DNA from: Oscillospiraceae bacterium
Lineage (GTDB): Bacteria; Bacillota; Clostridia; Oscillospirales; Oscillospiraceae
Assembly (NCBI GenBank): GCA_017518445.1
Contig: JAFWVB010000045.1
Location: 1-18,696, forward strand
Reading direction: 5' to 3'
DNA length: 18,696 nt
This document shows positions 9,048 through 16,168 of the stretch, one piece after another. Positions within the stretch are counted from its first letter, which is position 1, and every line of letters starts with the position of its first letter. The notes below the pieces were generated by a model that had not been told where the DNA came from, ran no database searches, and was given only the letters and a program-made list of their open reading frames with translations. Made by a program: the position numbers and the translations under genes.

Positions 9048-10049
9048 ATGCAAGATAAAAAGCTGTATGACGCTGTAGCTCTCGGGGAGCTGCTCGCGGA
9101 TCTGACCGAAGTGAAAACCGACGCCGACGGATACCCGACGCTCGAGTCGCATCCGGGCGGCGCGCCCGCGAATTATCTAGCGGCGCTGGCGAAGTTCGGG
9201 GCTGAAACGGCGATGATAGGAAAGGTTGGCGCAGACGCTTTCGGCAGGGCGCTGCGCGCAACGCTCGAAAAGGCGGGTGTCGACACGCGCGGCGTAATAG
9301 TCGATGAAAACGTTTTCACCACTTTGGCGTTTGTAACGCTTGATGAGGCGGGAAACCGCGAATTCTCATTTGCAAGAAAACCCGGAGCTGATACACGTCT
9401 TGCGGAAGAAGAACTGGACTTTGATATTATCGGCGCGTCGCGGGTATTTCATTTCGGAACGCTCTCGCTGACGGACGAACCGGCGAGAACGGCGACAAAA
9501 CGCGCCGTGGAATATGCGAAAGAGCGCGGCGTCACAGTCACATTTGACCCGAATTTGCGAAAACCGCTTTGGCGGGATTTGAATGAAGCAAAAAAACAGA
9601 TGCTCTGGGGGCTGTCGCAGGCGGATATCGTAAAGATAAGCGACGAGGAGATAGATTTTCTGTTTGGCTGTTCTCCGGAGGACGGAGCGGCGCGAATTAT
9701 CGACGATTTCGGCGCAAAGCTCGTCTTTGCGACCTGCGGGGAGAAGGGCTGTTATTACAAAAACAGAAACGCAAGCGGAAGCGTCACGGCGCTTTCCGGC
9801 GTGCGCGCTGTAGATACAACGGGAGCCGGCGACATCTTCGGCGGCAGCGCCGTATGGCGATGGCTTCAGACGGGAAAATCGGCGGAGGAACTGGACGGCG
9901 ACGAACTGCGGGAGATCGCGCTGTTTGCCGCCGCGGTCGCCGGACTTTCAACCGAAAAGCCCGGAGGCATATCGAGTGTGCCGTCGCTCAGCGAGGTGAC
10001 GGAGAAGCTGCGGGCGGCTTCCCAGACAGTGCACTTTGATAAATTTTAA
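9048..10049 (+). CDS. PfkB-family sugar kinase (fructokinase-like)
   Basis: PfkB signatures GGAPAN (N-terminal) and DTTGAGDIFGG (C-terminal), with an overall fructokinase-like layout. The track start is TTG 8973. I prefer ATG 9048 (MQDKKLYDAVALGELL), 8 nt after GGGAG. ATG 9042 is possible. Confidence 0.8.
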   Translation: MQDKKLYDAVALGELLADLTEVKTDADGYPTLESHPGGAPANYLAALAKFGAETAMIGKVGADAFGRALRATLEKAGVDTRGVIVDENVFTTLAFVTLDEAGNREFSFARKPGADTRLAEEELDFDIIGASRVFHFGTLSLTDEPARTATKRAVEYAKERGVTVTFDPNLRKPLWRDLNEAKKQMLWGLSQADIVKISDEEIDFLFGCSPEDGAARIIDDFGAKLVFATCGEKGCYYKNRNASGSVTALSGVRAVDTTGAGDIFGGSAVWRWLQTGKSAEELDGDELREIALFAAAVAGLSTEKPGGISSVPSLSEVTEKLRAASQTVHFDKF

Positions 10050-10068
10050 TGAAAATCAGGTATATGAC

Positions 10069-11055
10069 ATGATATTTTACAATTCGCCGAGCACAGATCC
10101 CTATTGGAATTTGGCGCTTGAGGAGTATGCCTTTGAAAGGTTTGACTCATCACAGCCCGTCTTTCTGCTGTGGCAAAACGACAATACGATAGTCGTCGGC
10201 GTTCATCAGAACACGGCGCAGGAGATAAACGCAGCCTATGTCAAAGAACACGGCGTCCGCGTCGTGCGCAGACTGACAGGAGGCGGCGCTGTTTACCACG
10301 ATCTCGGAAATCTGAACTATACGATAATCGCCGACAAGGACGAGCACGAGGCGTTTTGCTTCAACGTATTCGTAAGCCCGCTTATCCGCGCCCTTCGGAC
10401 TTTCGGAGTCAACGCTTCCTTCAGCGGCAGAAACGATCTTCTGATAGACGGCAAAAAAATATCAGGAAGCGCGCAGATGGTGCGCCGAGGGCGGATACTT
10501 CACCACGGCTGTATAATGCTGGACTCCGATTTGGAGGCGGTTTCCGAGGCGCTGTGCGTACGTGAGGCAAAGTATGACTCGCGCGGCATCCCATCGGTGC
10601 GAAGCCGAGTTACCACCGTAAACCGCGAGGCGTCCGCGCCGATATCGATAAACGATTTCCGTGCGGAGCTTACCGCTGCCGTGCGCGAGGGAGAGCCTAC
10701 GTTTGAGGAATATACTCCGACGCTTGAGGCGCTCGCCGAGATCGAAAAGCTGCGAAACGATAAATACGCCACATGGGAATGGAACTACGGCGAATCGCCG
10801 GATTACAATGTTGAAAAAGAGCGGCGCTTTGCAGGCGGTCTCGTAACGGCGCAGATGTCCGTTTCGGGAGGCAGAATACAGACAGTGCGATTTTTCGGAG
10901 ATTTTTTCGGAGAGGGCGATCTGCGCGAGCTTGAGGCGTCACTTGAGGGACTGCCTGTCGGCGGAGAAATCGGCGAGCGTCTTTCCGAGATAGGAGTGGA
11001 GCAGTATTTTCACGGCATAAGCGCGAAAGAGATAGCGAGCTTACTGACGGATTAA
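10069..11055 (+). CDS. lplA: lipoate-protein ligase A
   Basis: YWNLALEEY, RRLTGGGAVYHDLGNLNYT and DGKKISGSAQ (lipoyl-AMP lysine motif), plus a C-terminal accessory domain. The track start is TTG 10036. ATG 10069 (MIFYNSPSTDPYWNLA) gives the usual LplA N-terminus. Confidence 0.85.
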   Translation: MIFYNSPSTDPYWNLALEEYAFERFDSSQPVFLLWQNDNTIVVGVHQNTAQEINAAYVKEHGVRVVRRLTGGGAVYHDLGNLNYTIIADKDEHEAFCFNVFVSPLIRALRTFGVNASFSGRNDLLIDGKKISGSAQMVRRGRILHHGCIMLDSDLEAVSEALCVREAKYDSRGIPSVRSRVTTVNREASAPISINDFRAELTAAVREGEPTFEEYTPTLEALAEIEKLRNDKYATWEWNYGESPDYNVEKERRFAGGLVTAQMSVSGGRIQTVRFFGDFFGEGDLRELEASLEGLPVGGEIGERLSEIGVEQYFHGISAKEIASLLTD

Positions 11056-11074
11056 AATATGGGGGGCGCAAAAC

Positions 11075-11947
11075 ATGGATATGGAAAAGCTGCTTAAAAC
11101 AGCAAAAGAACGAATTCACGACAGATTGGACGGAGTCGGGAGGCTTTCCGGAAAGGTCGTCATCGTCACCGGCGCGGCGCAGGGCTTCGGGCGCGGTATT
11201 GCCGAGGAGCTTCACCGCGAGGGCGCGACGGTCATAATCGCGGATATGCAGTTTGCCGCCGCGAAGGAGGTCGCGGAAGGGCTTGGTGAACGCGCTGCGG
11301 CGATAAGGGTCGACGTGACCGACGAGGACAGCGTACGTGAGATGTACGCGGAGACGGTGGAGCGCTTCGGCGGCGTCGATCTTCTGGTCGCAAACGCGGG
11401 CGTCCTCCGCGCGGGCGCGCTTGCATCATATGAAAAAAAGGACATGGAATTCGTCACAAATGTGAACTATATCGGGACCTTCCTCTGCTGTAAATACGCG
11501 GCGGCGGTCATGCAGGCACAGCATGAGGCGGACCCGTCGGCGACCTTTGACATCGTGATAATGTCGTCAAAATCCGGACTTGAGGGCTCAAACAGGAATT
11601 TCGCTTATGCAGGCTCAAAATTCGGCGTTATCGGACTTGCGCAGAGCTTTGCGCTTGAGCTGTGCTCGAGCGGTATAAAGGTCAACGCCGTCTGCCCGGG
11701 TAATTATCTGGACGGTCCCCTTTGGAGCGATCCGGAAACGGGGCTTTTCGTACAGTATCTGCGCTCCGGCAAGGTTCCGGGCGCGAAGACGGTGGACGAT
11801 GTGCGCCGTCATTACGAGGCGAAGGTTCCGATGAACCGAGGATGTCTGCCGATCGACGTTGCCCGCGCGATTTTGTACTGCGTGGAGCAGAAGTACGAGA
11901 CGGGTCAGGCGATCCCCGTCACGGGCGGACAGGTGATGTTAAATTAA
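11075..11947 (+). CDS. SDR-family oxidoreductase resembling sorbitol-6-phosphate 2-dehydrogenase (SrlD-like)
   Basis: TGAAQGFGRG (TGxxxGxG), LVANAG and YAGSK (YxxxK). The C-terminal KVPMNRGC...ETGQAIPVTGGQVM closely parallels the E. coli SrlD C-terminus (KVPLKRGC...NVTGGQVMF) as I recall it. RBS GGGGGG at 11061-11066. Confidence 0.8.
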   Translation: MDMEKLLKTAKERIHDRLDGVGRLSGKVVIVTGAAQGFGRGIAEELHREGATVIIADMQFAAAKEVAEGLGERAAAIRVDVTDEDSVREMYAETVERFGGVDLLVANAGVLRAGALASYEKKDMEFVTNVNYIGTFLCCKYAAAVMQAQHEADPSATFDIVIMSSKSGLEGSNRNFAYAGSKFGVIGLAQSFALELCSSGIKVNAVCPGNYLDGPLWSDPETGLFVQYLRSGKVPGAKTVDDVRRHYEAKVPMNRGCLPIDVARAILYCVEQKYETGQAIPVTGGQVMLN

Positions 11948-11959
11948 GAGGCAAGCTAT

Positions 11960-13120
11960 ATGATAGAGCTTTCGATACTTGAAAAACTGAACGTGCCGGA
12001 GCGCGAGGCGCGCCTTGAAAATCTCCGCGCTATCACGGAGAAGGCTGCGTTTCCGACGCGCGATCCGCGCTATATCAACAACCATATACACACGACGTTC
12101 TCGTTCTCTCCGTATTCGCCGACGGCCGCTGTATACGCCGCGGCTGCGGAGGGACTGTGTACGGCGGGGATCGTCGACCACGACACGATGGCGGGCGCGC
12201 GGGAATTTCTGGAGGCGGCGAAGATACTTAAAATGCCCGTGACCGTAGGCATGGAGTGCCGAGTCTCCCTCGCGGGTACGCCGTTTGAAAACAGACGGCT
12301 CAACAATCCTGATCAGACGGGCGTTGCGTATGTGACCATTCAATCCGTGCCGCACGGCAGGATAGAGGATATGACGGAGTTTTTCGCGCCGTACCGTGCG
12401 CGAAGAGAGGCGCGAAACCGACGTGTGCTCTCGCGCCTTGCGGAGCTGCTTCCCGAATACACGCCGGATTATGACAGAGACGTGCTTCCGCTGACAATGC
12501 AGGCGGCGGGCGGCACGGTGACGGAGCGTCATATGCTGTTCGCGCTTGCCCGAAATATGACAGTTAAACTCGGACGCGGCGAAAAAATCGCGTCGGTTCT
12601 CGAGGGAAACGGGGTGGGGCTTTCCGAAAAGCAGAGAGAAAAGCTGCTCTCCGACAGCGGATTTTTCTATGAATACGACCTTTTGGGCATACTCAAAAGC
12701 GCGTTTCTGCCGCGCATTTATCTGCCTGCGACGGACGAGTGCCCGACGCTTGCCGCCGTGGTGGAAAAGTGCCGCGAGGTCGACGCATTTCTGTGTTACG
12801 CATATTTAGGCGATATTGCGGAGAGCGTCACCGGCGACAAGCGCGCCCAAAAGTTTGAGGACGATATACTTGAGGAGCTGTTTTCGTTCCTGAAGAAAAA
12901 CGGCGTCAACGCAGTAACCTATATGCCGACGCGAAACACCGAGACGCAGCTTCGGCGTCTGCGCTCGCTATGCGAGGAATATGGGATGCTCCAGATTTCC
13001 GGCGAGGATATAAACTCGCCTTCGCAGAGCTTCGTGATACGCGCGATGGAGGATCCGCAGTTTGCAAATCTCATCGACGCCACATGGGCGCTTATAGAAC
13101 ACGAAAACAAGGAGGTATAG
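11960..13120 (+). CDS. PHP-domain metal-dependent phosphoesterase with a long C-terminal extension, substrate unknown
   Basis: PHP motifs NNHIHTTFSFS (HxH), GIVDHDT and VGMECRV. The protein is 386 aa. RBS AAGAGG at 11946-11951. Confidence 0.7.
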   Translation: MIELSILEKLNVPEREARLENLRAITEKAAFPTRDPRYINNHIHTTFSFSPYSPTAAVYAAAAEGLCTAGIVDHDTMAGAREFLEAAKILKMPVTVGMECRVSLAGTPFENRRLNNPDQTGVAYVTIQSVPHGRIEDMTEFFAPYRARREARNRRVLSRLAELLPEYTPDYDRDVLPLTMQAAGGTVTERHMLFALARNMTVKLGRGEKIASVLEGNGVGLSEKQREKLLSDSGFFYEYDLLGILKSAFLPRIYLPATDECPTLAAVVEKCREVDAFLCYAYLGDIAESVTGDKRAQKFEDDILEELFSFLKKNGVNAVTYMPTRNTETQLRRLRSLCEEYGMLQISGEDINSPSQSFVIRAMEDPQFANLIDATWALIEHENKEV

Positions 13121-13126
13121 GTAGTT

Positions 13127-14386
13127 ATGAAAACGAAATGCGTAAGACTTCACGGCAAGATGGATCTCCGTCTTGAGGAGATCGAACTGCCGGAGATAGG
13201 GCCGGACGACGTGCAGGTAAAAATCGTCTCGGACAGTATATGTATGTCCTCGTACAAGGCGGCGGTCGAGGGCGAGGATCACAAGCGCGTGCCTGACGAC
13301 GTAGCTGAAAATCCGGTGATAATCGGGCACGAGTTTTGCGGCGACATAATCGCGGTAGGTGAGAATTGGAAGCACCGCTACAAGGTCGGAGACCGATTCT
13401 CGATCCAGCCCGCGCATTTTTACGAGGGCTCGCTGAAAGCGCCGGGCTACTCCTACGCATACTGCGGCGGCTCGTCACAGTACGCGAATATCCCGATAGA
13501 AACGCTCAAAATGGACTGCCTGCTGCCCTATGCCTCGGACACATATTTCTACGGCTCTCTGTCCGAGCCGATGAGCTGTATTGTCGGCACTTACCACGCC
13601 ATGTACCACACGAACGGCGGCAGCTATGAGCACGAGATGGGCATACGCGAGGGCGGAAAGATGGCTATGCTCGCCGCCGTCGGACCAATGGGGCTCGGCG
13701 CGATAGACTACGCGCTGCACAGTGACCGCCGCCCGTCGCTTCTGGTCGTCACGGACATAGACGACGCGCGGCTCGAGAGGGCAAAGACGCTCTACACCGT
13801 CGAAGATGCGGCAGAATGCGGCGTGAAGCTCGTATATGTGAACACGAGAATGGATAACGCGGCGGAGTATCTGCGGGATCTGACCGGAGGCACGGGCTAT
13901 GACGACGTGATATGCTTTGCTCCCGTGCGGCAGGTAGTCGAGCAGGCGGACGCAATCCTCGGTGAAAACGGATGTCTCAACTTCTTCGCCGGTCCGACCG
14001 ACACTCAGTTCAAGGCGGAATTCAACTGGTACAACGTGCATTACGCCGGAACCCACGTCGTCGGCACGTCCGGCGGAAACACGGATGATATGCGTGAGTC
14101 TATCGAGATGATGACGGGCGGAAGGCTGGATCCCGCTTCCATGGTCACGCATATCGGCGGGCTTGACGTCGTGGCGGAAACAGTGAAAAATCTGCCGAGC
14201 ATACCCGGCGGCAAAAAGCTGATCTACAACCACATATCCCTGCCTCTGACCGCGATCGTGGACTTTGAAGCCCTCGGGAAATCGGACCCCATGTTCGCGG
14301 AGCTTTATCGCATTTGCAGCAAACACAACGGGCTGTGGAACGCTGAGGCGGAAAAATATCTGCTCGCCGCCGCGCAGTCCATTTGA
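13127..14386 (+). CDS. zinc-type medium-chain dehydrogenase/reductase, long form (L-sorbose-1-phosphate reductase SorE-like)
   Basis: GroES-like N-terminus with SDSICMSSYK and the GHEFCGDII zinc motif. Rossmann region AAVGPMGLGAIDYAL. At 419 aa it is longer than classical ~350-aa MDRs. RBS AAGGAGG at 13109-13115. Confidence 0.7.
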   Translation: MKTKCVRLHGKMDLRLEEIELPEIGPDDVQVKIVSDSICMSSYKAAVEGEDHKRVPDDVAENPVIIGHEFCGDIIAVGENWKHRYKVGDRFSIQPAHFYEGSLKAPGYSYAYCGGSSQYANIPIETLKMDCLLPYASDTYFYGSLSEPMSCIVGTYHAMYHTNGGSYEHEMGIREGGKMAMLAAVGPMGLGAIDYALHSDRRPSLLVVTDIDDARLERAKTLYTVEDAAECGVKLVYVNTRMDNAAEYLRDLTGGTGYDDVICFAPVRQVVEQADAILGENGCLNFFAGPTDTQFKAEFNWYNVHYAGTHVVGTSGGNTDDMRESIEMMTGGRLDPASMVTHIGGLDVVAETVKNLPSIPGGKKLIYNHISLPLTAIVDFEALGKSDPMFAELYRICSKHNGLWNAEAEKYLLAAAQSI

Positions 14387-14490
14387 TAAAGCGTATGATT
14401 TGAAAGCTAAAGCTTTTTTCATTTTCTATTTTCAATCGGGCAATTTGCATTTTCCCTCCATGATGACAGGTGCAGCCTGCCATGAAAAAG

Positions 14491-14525
14491 CACAGCCCCC
14501 TCCGCCATGAGGGGGCTGTGTTTTA
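14491..14525 (+). terminator. rho-independent terminator closing the sugar operon (potentially bidirectional)
   Basis: The 11-bp stem cacagccccct (14491-14501) pairs with agggggctgtg (14510-14520) around an 8-nt loop. TTTT follows at 14521-14524. An A-run (14485-14489) precedes it. Confidence 0.85.
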
Positions 14526-14575
14526 CATATTTTATAGCTACGATTTTGCACCTTGAAAAACCGCCGCTATAAACG

Positions 14576-14606
14576 GCGAAAACCCTGATAAAATCGGGGT
14601 TTTCGC
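14576..14606. repeat. 14-bp-stem hairpin (one G.T pair), AAA loop
   Basis: gcgaaaaccctgat (14576-14589) pairs with atcggggttttcgc (14593-14606). It partly overlaps a smaller alternative hairpin, cgccg(14562-14566)/cggcg(14574-14578). Confidence 0.6.
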
Positions 14607-14611
14607 GGGCT

Positions 14612-14659
14612 ATATCTTTTTTATAGTCTCTTGATGTAAAAGGACTATAAAAAAGATAT
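14612..14659. repeat. perfect 17-bp AT-rich inverted repeat with 14-bp spacer
   Basis: atatcttttttatagtc (14612-14628) is the exact reverse complement of gactataaaaaagatat (14643-14659). It lies between the operon terminator and the HTH-gene promoter, at the compositional junction. Confidence 0.9.
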
Positions 14660-14682
14660 TTCGGCGTTTTGGGTGTATGGAG

Positions 14683-14713
14683 TTGAACCCTCGGAAGTCA
14701 TTTATGCTACAAT
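14683..14713 (+). promoter_or_regulatory. putative sigma70/sigA promoter with extended -10 for the HTH gene
   Basis: TGcTACAAT (TG 14705-14706, -10 14708-14713). A possible -35 TTGAAC at 14683-14688 has a long 19-nt spacer. RBS AAAGGAG at 14721-14727. The TGCTACAAT block is conserved in the second copy at 17532-17540. Confidence 0.5.
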
Positions 14714-14734
14714 TCTCTCAAAGGAGTTGATGGT

Positions 14735-14968
14735 ATGAATCAAAAATACACCGAAAGCGAGAAATTAATCATTACGACTCGCTACAAAAAGGGAGAAGCC
14801 GTTTCCGATATTGTAATGAATACAGGCATTCCCCGCAGCACCATATACGCTTGGATCAAACATTCGGCAGACATGGATACCAACAAAAAATCTGTTTCTC
14901 TCAAGAATTACCGCATTCTGGAAAACAAGGTCGCACGCTTGCAAGGTATCATTGAAATCATGAAGTGA
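14735..14968 (+). CDS. small HTH protein resembling an IS3-family transposase OrfA (no OrfB follows)
   Basis: The 77-aa product has KYTESEKLIITTRYKKGEAVSDIVMNTGIPRSTIYAWIK (transposase-type HTH). A heptad-like LENKVARLQGIIEIMK tail resembles the OrfA leucine zipper. No DDE ORF follows on this strand. Confidence 0.65.
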   Translation: MNQKYTESEKLIITTRYKKGEAVSDIVMNTGIPRSTIYAWIKHSADMDTNKKSVSLKNYRILENKVARLQGIIEIMK

Positions 14969-15086
14969 AAAACCGCAGCCAATACCGTTATCGCCCCTTG
15001 TTTCGGCAACGCAGTTGTGAAACCATGCAGCAATTTTCTCTACGTTCGCCGCTGTCATATCCGGCGTTTCGAATTAAATTTTTCCA

Positions 15087-16052
15087 TTACTGCGCTCCTC
15101 CCATTTTTACAGAATAATTCTCATAATCAATATCTGCAATGGTCTCATTTATACACTGAAATACCGCAGCGTGTGCTTCCACAAGTGATTGCAGTTTTTC
15201 ATCAATATCGATTTCGACCGGTGATTTAAAATCTTTTATTCTATATTTCTCATCGGGTAATACGCGCGGAATTGATTGAAGACTACCTGCATTCCGATCC
15301 TCCTCAACTGGAACAAAATACATCGCAAAAGGTGCCTCCGCCTCCAAATATTTGTAATCGATTCCGCCTTTATGCTTGATATAGTGAGCCCATTTACGCA
15401 CTTCTTCAATTTTTGATGAACAAGTAGTTAGATGCTTGCGGCAGTCAGTTAGTCCCCTCGCTTTTAGCGCTCCAACAACAAATTCATATGTACAGTTCTC
15501 CATGATTTTCTTTGCATCCCATGTGTCATCATAAGGCTGAGCGTTTCGAGCAGTTGCAGAAGTATATAGCTTTTTAGCCCAATACACCGATTGAAGTACT
15601 TGATCAAAAGCATTTGAAAACCATGTTGTTGAAGTTCCAAAATAGATACAGCGGAACAAAAACTGCGGAACATACCCTTGGCTCCAATGAATATTGTAGT
15701 CGGTATCAAGAAGTAGTGAACTCTTCATAGTGAAGAACCTTGCAAATTGAAGACATTCTATAGCCTTTTTAGTAAAATATGCAGCGGCTCTTACTGAATC
15801 TTCCAATATAATATGCGGTTTTCTGAAGCTAACAAACTCCATTTTCTCGGAAAAGGCTGTGTATTTATCTTCGTAATCCTTATATGTAAGCTCTCTGCCC
15901 CTATAATTCAAAGTGCATGAATTCAAAAAGTCTTCTGTAACATCCGGATGATCCTTGATAAAACAATCTATGGTTTGAAACTCACCATCGGATAAGCGTA
16001 TTTTTAGGAACTGTTCACATTCAGGTTTGTTTGTTGCGGTTAATGTATACAT
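15087..16052 (-). CDS. hypothetical protein, 321 aa, no family recognisable by eye
   Basis: An uninterrupted 966-nt ORF in AT-rich, stop-codon-rich DNA is very unlikely by chance. A purine-rich GAGGAAGGAAA lies upstream of the ATG and a dedicated promoter lies upstream of that. Only a short, evidently spurious ORF is present on the opposite strand. Confidence 0.8.
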   Translation of the reverse strand: MYTLTATNKPECEQFLKIRLSDGEFQTIDCFIKDHPDVTEDFLNSCTLNYRGRELTYKDYEDKYTAFSEKMEFVSFRKPHIILEDSVRAAAYFTKKAIECLQFARFFTMKSSLLLDTDYNIHWSQGYVPQFLFRCIYFGTSTTWFSNAFDQVLQSVYWAKKLYTSATARNAQPYDDTWDAKKIMENCTYEFVVGALKARGLTDCRKHLTTCSSKIEEVRKWAHYIKHKGGIDYKYLEAEAPFAMYFVPVEEDRNAGSLQSIPRVLPDEKYRIKDFKSPVEIDIDEKLQSLVEAHAAVFQCINETIADIDYENYSVKMGGAQ

Positions 16053-16139
16053 AATGTATCCATTTCCTTCCTCAGACTTTTATAACCAATCTTCATTTGA
16101 ACACATCTCGTCGTTTGTGTGATAAAAAGGATCATATTT

Positions 16140-16168
16140 ATTATAACATATGATTTTATTTTACAAAC
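16140..16168 (-). promoter_or_regulatory. putative strong promoter (extended -10) driving the 321-aa gene
   Basis: The minus strand reads gTTTGTAAaataaaatcatatgtTATAAT. The consensus -10 TATAAT is the complement of 16140-16145. The TG of an extended -10 is the complement of 16147-16148. -35-like hexamers TTGTAA/TTTGTA/GTTTGT lie at 15-17-nt spacing. Confidence 0.55.

Noticed and set aside
14403-14420. Small hairpin aaagc-taaa-gcttt followed by a T-run just after the MDR stop
   Set aside because: The stem is only 5 bp and AT-rich. The strong terminator 70 nt downstream is the credible operon end.
13475-14422. 315-aa minus-strand ORF, and the overlapping 14145-14483 ORF that has a GGAGGG just before an internal ATG
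   Set aside because: Both are antisense to the MDR dehydrogenase, which has GHE and Rossmann motifs. The products are Arg-rich nonsense. The RBS-like GGAGGG is only 4 nt from the ATG and the frame immediately runs into the opposite-strand gene.
14765-15058. 97-aa minus-strand ORF overlapping the HTH/OrfA gene. Its first ~30 codons lie in the slightly G+C-richer 118-bp spacer 14969-15086.
   Set aside because: Most of it is antisense to the better-supported HTH gene. It has no RBS and no recognisable motif. The spacer may be a relic of something, but I cannot support a call.
15017-15229. 70-aa plus-strand ORF downstream of OrfA (a possible OrfB start?)
   Set aside because: It shows no transposase-like sequence and overlaps, antisense, the 3' end of the far longer 321-aa gene. 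I found no DDE-type motifs in the plus-strand frames I sampled between 14969 and 16050.
15375-15401. HEPN-type RNase motif in the orphan protein (RKWAHYIKHKGG, residues 219-230)
   Set aside because: The spacing is R-x3-H or R-x7-H, not the Rx4-6H of HEPN domains. The surrounding helical pattern alone is insufficient. I keep it only as something a profile search should test.
16131-16155. 7-bp inverted repeat atcatat / atatgat around the orphan-gene promoter
   Set aside because: It is short and AT-rich and overlaps the -10 region. It is not distinguishable from chance, so I do not report it as an operator.
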